A stretch of DNA of 64,000 nucleotides from an uncultured Selenomonadales bacterium (GCA_937910665.1 CALEPR010000036.1:1198-65197), one strand, 5' to 3'; positions 44,289 through 54,860 are shown, counted from the first letter of the stretch. Numbers and translations are program-made. The notes: generated by a model from the sequence alone, not told the origin.

Positions 44289-44862
44289 TGATAAGGAAAT
44301 AGCTGTATTCAATTACATCAAATCAAGGATAAGCGAAGGAATATCGCCTTCTGTCAGAGAGATAATGGACGCAATGGACTTCAAGTCCACCTCGACGGCT
44401 CACAGGTATATCGGACGCCTCGTGGAGGAAGGGCTCCTCGAGAAAACAGGCAACCTCAAGCGCACGCTCAGGCTCCCGAACAGCTCTGCCGTCTCTGTTC
44501 CCATTATCGGAACGGTAACGGCAGGTCAGCCGATAACCGCTTACGAGGACATCACCGGATATATCGGCTTTGAAGCCCCGGGATCAGATCCCGAAAAGCT
44601 CTTTGCACTGAAAATACGCGGAGAGAGCATGATAAACGCAGGTATCCTCGACGGTGATATAGTCATAGTCGAAAGCACGTCATACGCAGAAAACAACGAC
44701 ATCGTTGTTGCCTTTATCGACGGCGAGGACGCTACCGTGAAGCGCTTCTTCAAGGAGAAGGGGCACTATCGCCTCCAGCCCGAGAATGACTTGATGGAGC
44801 CTATTATCCTCGACGAGGTAGAGATACTCGGAAAGGTCATAGGACTGAAGCGCTATTATTAA
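44281..44862 (+). CDS. lexA: LexA repressor
   Basis: 193 aa: winged-HTH N-terminus, an AG cleavage-site region (GTVTAGQP), and the S24 peptidase Ser (GESM) and Lys (VKRF). Confidence 0.92.
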   Translation: MLNDKEIAVFNYIKSRISEGISPSVREIMDAMDFKSTSTAHRYIGRLVEEGLLEKTGNLKRTLRLPNSSAVSVPIIGTVTAGQPITAYEDITGYIGFEAPGSDPEKLFALKIRGESMINAGILDGDIVIVESTSYAENNDIVVAFIDGEDATVKRFFKEKGHYRLQPENDLMEPIILDEVEILGKVIGLKRYY

Positions 44863-44930
44863 ATCGGCAGCTTTCGGGCATGATATCCGAACTGCAAAGC
44901 GATCCTGACCTGAAGCCTGAAATATTTTTC

Positions 44931-44959
44931 TTGCTTTATCCGGAATAATATAGTATAAT
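44931..44959 (+). promoter_or_regulatory. Sigma70-like promoter upstream of zapA
   Basis: TTGCTT, 17-nt spacer, TATAAT (44954-44959). Confidence 0.5.
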
Positions 44960-45000
44960 GTAAGGTGGCATATATTTTGCCGCAGAAAGGAAGATGCAAA

Positions 45001-45363
45001 ATGCTTAACGATGTAAAAGTAATCATCTGCGGAAAGGAATACAGGATCAAGACCGCAGAGTCACCGAATTACGTATTTTCGCTTGCAAGAGCTCTTGAGG
45101 CAAAGATAAATGAAATAACCACTACAAGCGGTCTGTCGCCGTATACAGCATCTATAATGGTCGCCCTGAGTCTCCTCGACGACCTCAACAAGGCGAATCA
45201 GCGCCTCGACAATATCCGCGACCAGACAAAGGAATATGTCGATGAGGCAGGCAGGACACGCATCGAGCGCGATGCCGCACAGAAGGAAATAGAGGTCCTC
45301 AAGTCCAAGATAACTCAGCTTGAAAATATGGTCAAGCTCAAACAGCTCAAGGACAGCATCTGA
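45001..45363 (+). CDS. zapA: Cell division protein ZapA
   Basis: 120 aa. The N-terminus VKVIICGKEYRIKTAESPNYVFSLARALEAKI fits ZapA, followed by a coiled-coil tail. Confidence 0.8.
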   Translation: MLNDVKVIICGKEYRIKTAESPNYVFSLARALEAKINEITTTSGLSPYTASIMVALSLLDDLNKANQRLDNIRDQTKEYVDEAGRTRIERDAAQKEIEVLKSKITQLENMVKLKQLKDSI

Positions 45364-47405
45364 TGAAAATACCGGAAATTCTTGCCCCTGCCGGCAGTAT
45401 GGAAACTCTCTGTGCCGCCCTGAAAAGCGGCGCTGACGCAGTCTATATCGGAGGCAAAAGGTTTTCCGCAAGAAACGGTGCAGTAAATTTCTCGGACGAT
45501 GAGCTCGCCGAAGCCGCAGGGCTCTGCCACAAATACGGCGCAAAGCTTTACATCGCCGTGAATACGATAATATCCGACGGCGAGGCGGCTGACTTCTGCG
45601 AATACATAAAGTATACAGCCTCGATAGGCGCAGATGCATATATCGTTCAGGACTGGGGCTGCGCAATGCTGATAAAAGCCTGCGTGCCGGACGCCGTCCT
45701 CCACGCCTCGACCCAGATGTCGGTGCATACCGCGTGCGGAGCGAAGCTTCTGAATGAGCTCGGCTTCGCAAGAATCGTCCCCGCCCGCGAGCTTGATAGG
45801 GATACGATCGCGCGTATCTGTGAGGTGAGTATCGAGACCGAGATATTCGTCCACGGAGCGCTGTGTATGTCGGTTTCGGGACAGTGCTATATGTCCGCCA
45901 TGATGGGCTCGCGCTCGGCAAACAGAGGCTGCTGCGGACAGGCTTGCCGCCTGCCGTTTTCCGCCAATGGGAGAAAAGGCTCAGCCGCGCTTTCCCTGAA
46001 AGACCTCTCGCTCCTGCCAAGGGCGCGCGAGCTTGCGGAAACAGGAGTAGATTCGCTGAAAATCGAGGGCCGAATGAAGCGTCCCGAGTACGTCGCCTCT
46101 GCCGTCAGCGAGCTCAGAAAGGCTCTTGACGGGCAGTCGCCCGATATGGATACCCTGCGCGGAGTTTTCTCGCGCGGAGGCTTCACTGACGGCTATTTTA
46201 CGGCAGACCGCCGCGATATGTTCGGCGTTCGTGAGCGGGACGATGTAGTCGCCGCGCGCGATATCCTCCCGAGGATACACGAGCTTTACCGCTTCGAGCG
46301 CAAGGTCGCTCCCGTGGACTTCCACGCTGTCATAGCTGCGGACAAGCCGGTCGTCATAACGGCAGGCTGCGGCGGTCTTTCGGCAAAAGCGGAGGGAGCT
46401 CCCCCCGAAGCAGCTATCAACCGCCCGACGGACGAGGCTGCGCTCATAAAACAGCTTTCAAAGCTCGGCGATACGATATTCACGCTCGGCTCGGTCACCT
46501 CCGACATCGGAAAAGGACTCGCCGTCCCCGCCGGAGAGCTCAACCGCCTCCGCCGCGAGGTCACGGAAAAGCTCACCGAGCTGATAATACATAAAAACAC
46601 CCCCGCTTACGGCATTACGGGATATGTTCCTAAGCTGCCCGAAAAGGCTGTATATCGCGGAAAGCCTCATCCGGCGGCGAGGTCGTTCTGCCGCAGCGCA
46701 GCTCAGGCTCTCGCAGCGGCGGAGCTGTCGGAATATGTCATAGTCCCCTGCGATATCATCACGCAGGAGCTGATAGAACAATGCGGCGCGGAAAAGCTCA
46801 TTATCTCGCCGCCGAGATTTATTTCCGACGAGGAAAAGCTGATCCCGCGGCTCGCTCAGCTGAAAAAGCTCGGTCTGACGAGGCTTTTATGCCACACACC
46901 CGACTGCATAGCGATCGGCAGGCGCCTCGGCTTCAGGCTGCACGGCAGCTTCACGCTCAACATTTTCAACTCCTACAGTGCGGCTTACATGAAGCGGCTC
47001 GGGCTTGAGGATATCATCGTCTCGTTCGAGGCAAAGCTTTCGCAGATAAGCGCTATGCGGACAGAGCTTCCGCTCGGAGCGGTCGTTTACGGACAGCTCC
47101 CGCTCATGCTCACGCGGAACTGTCCCATCAGGAACGAGGTCGGCTGCAAGCGCTGCACGGGTCATCTGACCGACCGCACCGGAAGAAGCTTCCCCGTCGC
47201 CTGTTCAAAGGAATACGCCGAGGTGCTCAACCCCGATACGCTGTTTATTTCCGAAAGCGAGATGAACGGCATTGATTTTGCGGCGTTTATTTTCGCCGGC
47301 GAATCCCCCCGGCAGGTAAGAGCTGCTCTCGGCGGAGCCAGACCCGAAGGCGCTGTAACGCGCGGACTTTATTACAGAGGTATTTTGAATGAAACTGATA
47401 TTTAA
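45363..47405 (+). CDS. Peptidase U32 family protein
   Basis: 680 aa. The N-terminus PEILAPAGSMETLCAALKSGADAVYIGG and the Cys-rich segment SMESGQCYMS-like (MSVSGQCYMSAMM...RGCCGQACR) are typical of U32. Confidence 0.88.
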   Translation: MKIPEILAPAGSMETLCAALKSGADAVYIGGKRFSARNGAVNFSDDELAEAAGLCHKYGAKLYIAVNTIISDGEAADFCEYIKYTASIGADAYIVQDWGCAMLIKACVPDAVLHASTQMSVHTACGAKLLNELGFARIVPARELDRDTIARICEVSIETEIFVHGALCMSVSGQCYMSAMMGSRSANRGCCGQACRLPFSANGRKGSAALSLKDLSLLPRARELAETGVDSLKIEGRMKRPEYVASAVSELRKALDGQSPDMDTLRGVFSRGGFTDGYFTADRRDMFGVRERDDVVAARDILPRIHELYRFERKVAPVDFHAVIAADKPVVITAGCGGLSAKAEGAPPEAAINRPTDEAALIKQLSKLGDTIFTLGSVTSDIGKGLAVPAGELNRLRREVTEKLTELIIHKNTPAYGITGYVPKLPEKAVYRGKPHPAARSFCRSAAQALAAAELSEYVIVPCDIITQELIEQCGAEKLIISPPRFISDEEKLIPRLAQLKKLGLTRLLCHTPDCIAIGRRLGFRLHGSFTLNIFNSYSAAYMKRLGLEDIIVSFEAKLSQISAMRTELPLGAVVYGQLPLMLTRNCPIRNEVGCKRCTGHLTDRTGRSFPVACSKEYAEVLNPDTLFISESEMNGIDFAAFIFAGESPRQVRAALGGARPEGAVTRGLYYRGILNETDI

Positions 47406-47826
47406 GAAGCTTGACCCGAGGGCAGTGATCCCGTCGCGGGCGACTGCGGGGAGCGCAGGAATGGACATCTGCGCCTGCCTCGATGAGCCTGTTGTGCTTG
47501 CTCCCGGAGAGATCAGAATGATCCCCACCGGGCTTACGGCAGAACCCGACTGTGCCGACATCGCACTGCTGATCTATCCGCGTTCGGGGCTTTCCTCGAA
47601 ATACGGCGTATCGCTTGCAAACTGCGTCGGCGTCGTTGACAGCGACTATCGCGGAGCATGGTTCGTTCCGCTAATAAACCACGGCAAACAGAGCTTCACC
47701 GTCGAACACGGTATGCGGATAGCACAGCTTATCCCGACGCGGATACTCATTCCCGAAATAGAGGTGCGCGACTCTCTCTCCGAGACCGGACGCGGCTCGG
47801 GAGGCTTCGGCTCTTCGGGAATATAA
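47389..47826 (+). CDS. dut: dUTP diphosphatase
   Basis: 145 aa with AGSAGMD, PRSGL, GVVDSDYRG and C-terminal GRGSGGFGSSG motifs. It overlaps the U32 gene by 17 nt. Confidence 0.93.
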   Translation: MKLIFKKLDPRAVIPSRATAGSAGMDICACLDEPVVLAPGEIRMIPTGLTAEPDCADIALLIYPRSGLSSKYGVSLANCVGVVDSDYRGAWFVPLINHGKQSFTVEHGMRIAQLIPTRILIPEIEVRDSLSETGRGSGGFGSSGI

Positions 47827-47973
47827 TAAATGATTTGAATTGCCTCGCACATACGCAAACTAACATTTGCTCCGTGCAGATCGGCAAACAGCAAACTCCA
47901 AAATTTTTTGCCGTTTGCCGTAACGTGTGCAGAACAAAATAACCGCCGCTCAAAGCGGCAGAAGGAGATAAAA

Positions 47974-48237
47974 ATGAAAAAAACACTCTACATGATACTG
48001 CTTCTGGCATTCGCCTGCGTTGTGGGAGGCTTCATAGGAAGTGCAGCTAAAGGTCCCGTGGCATGGCTCGGAAAATCTGCCGGCTTTTCATTCGAGCCCG
48101 GAAATTTCCTGCAAACAGACGTGCTTTCGCTGACATTCGGCATTTCCTTCAACATCAACGTGGCACAGATAATCCTCGTGATCATCGCTGTTTTTGTATA
48201 TTATAAAACTGCACCGAAGCTGATCGCGGCAAAGTGA
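47974..48237 (+). CDS. Small membrane protein (DUF4321-like) upstream of mreB
   Basis: 87 aa with two TM segments and a GAAGGAG SD. Position before mreB is typical in Clostridia; the family name is from memory. Confidence 0.55.
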   Translation: MKKTLYMILLLAFACVVGGFIGSAAKGPVAWLGKSAGFSFEPGNFLQTDVLSLTFGISFNINVAQIILVIIAVFVYYKTAPKLIAAK

Positions 48238-48325
48238 TTTTCGCCAGTTTTTTATCACATTTCAGCCGCACTCTTTCCGGAAACCAACAAATTTGCGGCA
48301 TGGCAGAATTTCTCTTTCAAAATTC

Positions 48326-48354
48326 TTGTCTATGTCCGTCTTTGGTGATATAAT
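48326..48354 (+). promoter_or_regulatory. Sigma70-like promoter with extended -10 upstream of mreB
   Basis: TTGTCT, 17-nt spacer ending in TGa, then TATAAT (48349-48354). Confidence 0.55.
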
Positions 48355-48385
48355 ATACATAATAGAAATATTAAGGAGCTGCATA

Positions 48386-49402
48386 ATGTTTACAAAAGAT
48401 ATCGGTATCGACCTCGGAACGGCAAACACCCTCGTTTACATGAGGGGTAAGGGCATCATAATCAGAGAGCCCTCTGTCGTTGCAGTCAATACAAGAACGG
48501 ATAAATGCCGCTATGTCGGTAAGGAAGCCAAGGACGTCATCGGACGCACCCCCGGCTCTATCGTTGCGGTAAGGCCGCTCAAGGACGGCGTTATAGCCGA
48601 TTTCGACATCGCCACGACAATGCTTCAGGAGTTCATAAGAAAGGCTCTGCGCGGCACTATCTTCACAAAGGCAAATGTTATCATCTGCATTCCTTCGGGA
48701 GTTACCGCCGTTGAAAGACGTGCCGTGCGCGAATCCTGCAAAAAGGCGGGCGCAAACAACGTCCTTATCATCGAAGAGCCTATGGCAGCCGCTATCGGTG
48801 CGGGTCTGCCCACAAACGATCCCGCCGGCAGCATGATAGTTGATATCGGCGGCGGTACGAGCGAGGTCGCGGTGATCTCTCTCGGAGGCATAGTTGCCGC
48901 AAGGTCGGTCCGCTGTGCCGGCGATGAGTTTGATTCCTCCATAATCAACTACATCAAGAAAAAATACAATCTGCTCATCGGCGAGAGAACTGCCGAAAAC
49001 ATCAAGATAGAAATAGGCTCGGCTTTCCCGAGCGAAAAGGAAGAAACTCTTGAAATAAAGGGAAGAAACCTCCTTAACGGTCTGCCCGAAAATATCACGG
49101 TAAACTCCGCCGAGATACGCGATGCCCTCGTTGAACCTCTTTCAAGGGTCATCGACGCTATAAAGTCTACCCTTGAGGAAACTCCCCCGGAGCTCTCTGC
49201 CGATATCATCGACCACGGCATTACTCTCGCAGGCGGCGGAGCTTTGCTGCGCGGACTCGATAAGCTCATCAACCGCGAGACCGGTATGCCCGTCTATATC
49301 GCGGAATATCCCCTCGATTGCGTTGCCGAGGGTACGGGAAAGATACTTGAAAATATCAACGACTATCAGGACGCCCTCACCGAAAACGTCAAGTATTATT
49401 AA
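48386..49402 (+). CDS. mreB: Rod shape-determining protein MreB
   Basis: 338 aa actin-like ATPase ([27 protein letters not shown]-like [20 protein letters not shown]). ATG at 48386 follows an AAGGAG SD. Confidence 0.95.
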   Translation: MFTKDIGIDLGTANTLVYMRGKGIIIREPSVVAVNTRTDKCRYVGKEAKDVIGRTPGSIVAVRPLKDGVIADFDIATTMLQEFIRKALRGTIFTKANVIICIPSGVTAVERRAVRESCKKAGANNVLIIEEPMAAAIGAGLPTNDPAGSMIVDIGGGTSEVAVISLGGIVAARSVRCAGDEFDSSIINYIKKKYNLLIGERTAENIKIEIGSAFPSEKEETLEIKGRNLLNGLPENITVNSAEIRDALVEPLSRVIDAIKSTLEETPPELSADIIDHGITLAGGGALLRGLDKLINRETGMPVYIAEYPLDCVAEGTGKILENINDYQDALTENVKYY

Positions 49403-49416
49403 GGAGGAAGCTCTCC

Positions 49417-50277
49417 ATGCGTGATTTTTTCAAAAGCGCCAGATTCAAGATATTGCTCGCTTTCCTCGCCTTTCTTGTGGGAATAATGATCTATTCCGTC
49501 ACCAAGGGAGGCTATTCCGTTTCGGGAGAATCCTTCATCAATACGATAACCAAGCCGTTCCGCTCGGTATCAAACGGCATAAGCGTCAGGATCGAAAAAA
49601 CGCTCGATAAGCTATCAAACGCCGATGAATATTATGAGGAAAATCAGGAGCTGAAAAAGCAGATCGGCGAGCTCAACAAGCAGCTTGCCGAATACGACGC
49701 TTTGAAGGAAGAGGTCGAGGAGCTCCGCAAGTTCGTCATAATCAAGGAGGAGCATCAGGACTTCCAGCTTTCTGAGCCCGCTGACGTTCTCGGATACGTC
49801 ACAAACGACCCGTTCCGTTCATTTACTATCGACAAAGGCTCGGCAGAGGGCATAAAGCCAAACTGTCCCGTCGTCACAGCCGAAGGGCTGATCGGCATAA
49901 CAGTAGATGTCTCTGAGCACGTCTCGACCGTGAGAACTATCCTCTCGCCCGATCTTTCCGTAGCGGCGGCTTCCTCGTCATCAAGCACGGATCAGGGTAT
50001 CATCGAGGGAAACATACTCAGCGCAGAGCAAGGAAATACCCGACTTATCCATGTCAGCACCGATAACACACTCAAGGAAGGCGACCTCGTGATAACCGCA
50101 GGCTCAAGCGGCCTTTTCCCCAAGGGCTACGCCGTGGGGACCGTCAAAAGCGTCGGCTTCGATTCCAACGGACTTTCCGTATGCGCCGAAATAGAGCCAT
50201 GCGTGGACATTACACGTCTCACCTCCGTCACCGTTATAACCGATTTCAGCGGCAAAAAGGAGGATGAGGAAGATTGA
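49417..50277 (+). CDS. mreC: Rod shape-determining protein MreC
   Basis: 286 aa: N-terminal TM, coiled coil (ENQELKKQIGELNKQ), and beta-barrel domains with the SS/GLFPKG motif. Confidence 0.88.
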   Translation: MRDFFKSARFKILLAFLAFLVGIMIYSVTKGGYSVSGESFINTITKPFRSVSNGISVRIEKTLDKLSNADEYYEENQELKKQIGELNKQLAEYDALKEEVEELRKFVIIKEEHQDFQLSEPADVLGYVTNDPFRSFTIDKGSAEGIKPNCPVVTAEGLIGITVDVSEHVSTVRTILSPDLSVAAASSSSSTDQGIIEGNILSAEQGNTRLIHVSTDNTLKEGDLVITAGSSGLFPKGYAVGTVKSVGFDSNGLSVCAEIEPCVDITRLTSVTVITDFSGKKEDEED

Positions 50278-50831
50278 GGATCAGATCTACCCGCGAGCAA
50301 AGGATACTGAATATTAAAACAGCCGTCAGGTGGCTGCTTTATTACCTGATAATTTTTATCTGCTTTCTGATAATGACGTCGGGAACTTGGCTCAAGCCCA
50401 TATTGCTCGTGCCGGCTGCGCTTTGCATAGCTGTCAGCTGCAACCAGTACGCTTCCGCTTTTACAGGAGCCCTCTGCGGCTTTCTCATAGATATAAGCTG
50501 CGGAAAGCTTTTCGGCTATAATGCCGTGATACTGGCATTCTTCTGTATCGCCGCATCGCTGCTTTTCGAGCTTTATCTCAGGCACAGGTTCGTGAATTTC
50601 ATGCTGCTCAATGCCGCAGTCTCATACATACAGTGCAGGCTCGACTATAAGTTCTACTATCAGATATGGAATTACGAAAACGTAGAGAGGATATTTACCC
50701 GCGTTACCCTCAGAGTATGGGTATATACGGTGATATCGGGCATATTCATCTATCTCGTTTTCAGTCTGGTGAACCGTTTCCTTATGCCGAAAACTCACCT
50801 CACTATCGAAGAAGCTATAAAATCAAACTGA
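50274..50831 (+). CDS. mreD: Rod shape-determining protein MreD
   Basis: Polytopic small membrane protein directly after mreC, with a 4-nt overlap. TTG start is uncertain. Confidence 0.7.
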   Translation: MRIRSTREQRILNIKTAVRWLLYYLIIFICFLIMTSGTWLKPILLVPAALCIAVSCNQYASAFTGALCGFLIDISCGKLFGYNAVILAFFCIAASLLFELYLRHRFVNFMLLNAAVSYIQCRLDYKFYYQIWNYENVERIFTRVTLRVWVYTVISGIFIYLVFSLVNRFLMPKTHLTIEEAIKSN

Positions 50832-50889
50832 CCGCACATGATATCTGTGCGGTCTGTGTATTTGGATACACCCAAAAGGAGGAACAGCC

Positions 50890-53202
50890 TTGAAAGGATT
50901 GGCAGAAAATCTGAAATCCATTATAATAATCCTGCTTGTCGTGGCTCTCGCCCTTATGAGCGCCCTGAGACTTATGGAGATACAGGTCGTCGGCGACGAA
51001 AGCATAAAAACTCAGGTCTCATACGGAGAAAACGCCATAACCTACGTAAAACAGGTCAAAGCTACCAGAGGCGAGATAATCGACTACAGCGGACATACCA
51101 TCGTTACCAACGACGCCCGCTGTGACCTCGTCCTGCAAATGGCGTTCTTCCCCACCGATCTTCAGGAGGGCAACAAAACTCTCCTCGGCATATACAACGC
51201 CCTTGCCGAAAGAGGCTATAAATTCGAGGAAAGTATACCCATAACCCGCGATCGCCCCTATGTTTTCACCGCAGAAGACCCTTCTGAGGTCATCGCCGAC
51301 CTGAACCTCAATGTCTACGCTACTGCCGAAAACTGCATTGATAAGCTCATTTCCGACTATGAGATAGCGGATTCCTACTCAGACGAGGAAAAACGTATCA
51401 TCGCGGGTATGCGCTACGAGATGATCGCCAAGGACTTTGCCTACAGCAACGACCTTCTCCTCGCAGAGGACATTGACCCCGATACCGTCGTTCAGATGAA
51501 GGAGCTCGGCAACTTCTACAAGGGTATCGAGGTCGTAGAGGCTTCCGAGCGCCGTATCGAACGCGGAGATATCCTCCCCCACGAGATCGGCACGGTAGGT
51601 CCTATCTATGCCGAGGAGTACGACGAGCTCAAAAGCAAGGGCTATGCAATGAACGACTCGGTGGGAAAAAGCGGTATCGAATCCGCTATGGAGACCGAGC
51701 TGAGAGGTCAGAACGGCGAGGAGGAAGTAATAGTCGAGGACGGCTTGATAAAAAATGTCACAACTATATCCGATACGATCTCGGGCGAAACGGTAAAGCT
51801 CACCGTTGACGGCAATTATCAGCTCAGATTGCAGGGGATCCTCGAGGATTTCCTTGCAAATTTCCCCTCTATCAACCCCAAGCCCGCTGTCCTCAAAAAC
51901 GTAAGGTGCGGCGCTATCTGCGTGCTCGATGCGAAAACGGGCGCGGTAAAGGGAATGGCCACAGCTCCCACATACAATCTCAAGGATTACTCGGAAAATT
52001 ACGATTACTTTCTCAACGTTGAGGACTCTCCCCTCGTCAACCGCTGCACCTACGGACTTTACCGCCCCGGTTCGACCTTCAAGACCGTCACCGCTACGGC
52101 AGGTCTCAACGAGGGAATAGTCACGGGCAATACCACCTTCGTCTGCAACAGAAAATACGAATACCACGGCACAGACTATTCTTGTACGGGATATCACGGA
52201 AATATCGCCATAAGACACGCTATCGAGGTCTCGTGCAACTCATACTTCTACGAGCTTTCGAGTATGCTCGGCATCGACAACATCACAAAATATGCCCAGC
52301 TCTACGGGCTCGGTTCGAGCACGGGCATAGAAACAGGCGACGCTCCCGGATATCTGTGTAACCCCGAGACCTTCGCCGAGCACGGTCAGGAATGGTACAT
52401 CGGCTATGTAATACAGGCAGGTATAGGTAATCAGGACTGCGGAATGACTCCCCTGCAAATGGCTGTTGTCGCAAGTACTATCGCCAATCAGGGCGTGAGA
52501 TATCAGCCCTACCTCGTTGACAGCTACTATGAATACGGCTCGGGCGAGCTCATCTCTAAGACCCAGCCCACCGTTGCTCAGCAGATAGAGCTGAATTACG
52601 AGGATATCTACGATTATATCATCGGCGGCATGATAGACGCTTCAGCAAATGTTCCGGCAAAATATTCGCTCTCAAACCTCGGCTTTGACGTTGCCATAAA
52701 GACCGGTACTCCACAGACGGGCGCTAACCTTGAGGAGCAGAACTCGTTCTTCATAGGCTTTGCCCCTGCCGACGACCCCGAAATAGCCTTCGCAGGAGTT
52801 ATCGAGGGCGGCGAATACTCAAAATATATGATACGCGACATCATTCTCGCTTATCAGGAATGCTACGGACTCAACGGCGTAAAGCCCTCTGTGAGCGACG
52901 AGCTCCCCGAGGAGGTTCGCCCCGTGCTCACGACTACAGCCGATTCGACCACCACTGCAACGGGCACTACAACTACCGAAACTACTACTGCTTCGTCCGC
53001 CGCCGCAGCTGTCTCGGAAGCTCCGCTGACTACTGTATACTATGAGCAGCCCTCGGAAACTCAGCCTCCCACGGAAACCACTGCTCCCATAATTCCCGAG
53101 CAGCAGCCTGTTACGACTCTTCCTCCCGAGACCTCAACAGCCACCGACCCCTACAGCGACCCTGAACCCGGCGAGTATGAGGACCCGTATCCTGCTGAAT
53201 AA
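50890..53202 (+). CDS. mrdA: Penicillin-binding protein 2 (elongasome transpeptidase) with low-complexity tail
   Basis: Motifs STFK (GSTFKTVTA), SCN and KTGT. TTG start 7 nt after AGGAGG. The C-terminal ~100 aa are Thr/Pro/Glu-rich. Confidence 0.9.
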   Translation: MKGLAENLKSIIIILLVVALALMSALRLMEIQVVGDESIKTQVSYGENAITYVKQVKATRGEIIDYSGHTIVTNDARCDLVLQMAFFPTDLQEGNKTLLGIYNALAERGYKFEESIPITRDRPYVFTAEDPSEVIADLNLNVYATAENCIDKLISDYEIADSYSDEEKRIIAGMRYEMIAKDFAYSNDLLLAEDIDPDTVVQMKELGNFYKGIEVVEASERRIERGDILPHEIGTVGPIYAEEYDELKSKGYAMNDSVGKSGIESAMETELRGQNGEEEVIVEDGLIKNVTTISDTISGETVKLTVDGNYQLRLQGILEDFLANFPSINPKPAVLKNVRCGAICVLDAKTGAVKGMATAPTYNLKDYSENYDYFLNVEDSPLVNRCTYGLYRPGSTFKTVTATAGLNEGIVTGNTTFVCNRKYEYHGTDYSCTGYHGNIAIRHAIEVSCNSYFYELSSMLGIDNITKYAQLYGLGSSTGIETGDAPGYLCNPETFAEHGQEWYIGYVIQAGIGNQDCGMTPLQMAVVASTIANQGVRYQPYLVDSYYEYGSGELISKTQPTVAQQIELNYEDIYDYIIGGMIDASANVPAKYSLSNLGFDVAIKTGTPQTGANLEEQNSFFIGFAPADDPEIAFAGVIEGGEYSKYMIRDIILAYQECYGLNGVKPSVSDELPEEVRPVLTTTADSTTTATGTTTTETTTASSAAAAVSEAPLTTVYYEQPSETQPPTETTAPIIPEQQPVTTLPPETSTATDPYSDPEPGEYEDPYPAE

Positions 53203-53256
53203 TGGCATAAAATAACCGTGAACTCATATAGAAGCTAATGCGTACTGCTGAAGCTT

Positions 53257-53286
53257 GAGGGGGATCCTTTAAAAAGGGTCCCCCTC
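53257..53286. terminator. GC-rich hairpin between the convergent PBP2 and MATE genes
   Basis: GAGGGGGATCCTTT-AA-AAAGGGTCCCCCTC. Confidence 0.55.
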
Positions 53287-53336
53287 AATACGTTACGTAA
53301 AAATCCTATATAAGCATCGCGGTTATTTGCGCGGTG

Positions 53337-54710
53337 TCACTTTCTAACGCCGTGGAGATGATTGAGAGTGCCGTTTTCGGCTTTCTTCGTAACGATCCTG
53401 ACACATACGGCGCAGACGATACTGCAATAAATAGTCGCTGAGAGCCACGCAGACTGGTCTGTGAAGCATATCGCAGTAAAGCCGTATTTCGGCACAAACG
53501 TCCTGCTGACGATTATTCTGGCGAGCATTTCCAAAGCTCCCGAAAAAATGGCGACCGCCGAATATCCGAGGCCCTGAATAGTCATTCTCGTAACGTTAAG
53601 AATACCTATGAGCCAGTAGAAGAACCCGAGGCACATAAGATACTGCGCAGAAGCGTCGAGTACGGCAGCCTCTCCGCTTTTCACGAACATCATCGAGAGC
53701 ACCCTGCCGAAGAATATCAGCACTACGCCAATAAACGCTCCGTATGCAGTTCCGACGGCAACTCCGCTGAAAATGCCCTTTTTAATACGCTCGGTTTTTC
53801 CTGCGCCGAGGTTCTGGCTGCTGAAAACGGAAACTCCCGTGGCGATAGCGTCGAACGGACACATCGCGAGCTGCTTGAGCTTGCTTCCCGCCGTAAAGCC
53901 CGAGACGTAAACGCTGCCCAGACCGTTGTTGGCAGCCTGCATGACCATGCTGCCTATCGCGGTTATGGAGTATTGCAGACCCATCGGAACGCCCATTATA
54001 AACAGCTCCTTTGCCGCGTAAATGTTGAGCTTGCAATAGCGCTTTTTCAGCTTCAGGAGCGGGTATTTTTTCTGTATATAAATGAAGCACGCGATACCGC
54101 TGCACGCCTGAGCTATCACGGTCGCGAGAGCCGCTCCGGCGCAGCCGAGTCTTATGACGGCGATGAGGAGAACGTCGAGGAAGATGTTCAGAAACGCCGA
54201 TATCATGAGGAAAATGAACGGCGTGCGGCTGTCCCCTACGGCACGCATTATGCCTGCAAGCAGGTTGTAGAAAAGAGTGAAGGGTATCCCGAGGAATATG
54301 ATGAGCAGGTATATGTAAGCATCGCCGTAGATGTTTTCGGGGGTGGACATTATGTCGAGTATCTTATGGCAAAGCAGTGCGGTCGATACCGTGAGGACTG
54401 CCGCTATAGCTCCCGTCATGAGATATGCGTGAAAGACGCAGCTGCGAAGCCTGCCGAAGTGCTCTGCGCCGAAATACTTCGCGACAGGCACGCTGAAGCC
54501 CGCGCAGATACCCATACAGAAGCCGAGCACAAGAAACTGCACGCTGCTCGAAGCTCCGACTCCCGCAAGAGCTTCCGCGCCGAGCACACGCCCGACTATC
54601 GCCGCATCTATCATATTGTACATCTGCTGCAGGAAATTTCCCAGCAGCAGGGGCAGCGAGAACCGAAGTATCAGCTTTATCGGGCTGCCCTCGGTCATAT
54701 TTTCTGTCAT
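53337..54710 (-). CDS. MATE family efflux transporter
   Basis: 457 aa with 12 TM segments. The N-terminus GSPIKLILRFSLPLLLGNFLQQMYNMIDAAIVG is typical of the MATE NorM/DinF class. Confidence 0.9.
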   Translation of the reverse strand: MTENMTEGSPIKLILRFSLPLLLGNFLQQMYNMIDAAIVGRVLGAEALAGVGASSSVQFLVLGFCMGICAGFSVPVAKYFGAEHFGRLRSCVFHAYLMTGAIAAVLTVSTALLCHKILDIMSTPENIYGDAYIYLLIIFLGIPFTLFYNLLAGIMRAVGDSRTPFIFLMISAFLNIFLDVLLIAVIRLGCAGAALATVIAQACSGIACFIYIQKKYPLLKLKKRYCKLNIYAAKELFIMGVPMGLQYSITAIGSMVMQAANNGLGSVYVSGFTAGSKLKQLAMCPFDAIATGVSVFSSQNLGAGKTERIKKGIFSGVAVGTAYGAFIGVVLIFFGRVLSMMFVKSGEAAVLDASAQYLMCLGFFYWLIGILNVTRMTIQGLGYSAVAIFSGALEMLARIIVSRTFVPKYGFTAICFTDQSAWLSATIYCSIVCAVCVRIVTKKAENGTLNHLHGVRK

Positions 54711-54784
54711 ATTTTATTGCACCTCTTATTTATTTGTATGAACTCTGTCCCCACACCCCTGCAAAAGGGATATATGTCCCTTTT

Positions 54785-54860
54785 GGAGCCCATTCACGCT
54801 GACGCTCGCAAAGCTCGCTCGATCTCTGAAAAGCGGATAGTCTGATTTCGCTTGCTGAAA
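54785..54860 (-). repeat. Dispersed intergenic repeat, copy C (upstream of the MATE gene)
   Basis: The minus-strand reading CAGCAAGCGAAATCAGACTATCCGCTTTTCAGAGATCGAGCGAGCTTTGCGAGCGTCAGCGTGAATGGGCTCC aligns with copy A. Confidence 0.7.

Noticed and set aside
44100-45000. LexA (SOS) operator near lexA
   Set aside because: No GAAC-N4-GTTC-type palindrome was seen. Its absence is reported as an observation, not as a feature.
45061-46020. 319-aa minus-strand ORF (also 45315-45854)
   Set aside because: It lies antisense to the zapA and U32 peptidase genes. The extreme Arg/Ser/Pro content indicates a GC-driven open frame.
47881-47920. Hairpin GGCAAAC...GTTTGCC after dut as a terminator
   Set aside because: The loop is long and A/T-rich, and no U-run follows the stem. 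It is too weak to call.
51379-52218. 279-aa minus-strand ORF
   Set aside because: It lies antisense to PBP2, which carries the STFK/SCN/KTGT motifs.
53211-53329. 9-bp inverted repeats AAATAACCG/CGGTTATTT flanking the PBP2/MATE terminator as MITE ends
   Set aside because: The arms are short, there are no target-site duplications and I saw no second copy. This is probably chance in a convergent spacer.
53973-54845. 290-aa plus-strand ORF
   Set aside because: It lies antisense to the MATE transporter, which has an unambiguous 12-TM signature.
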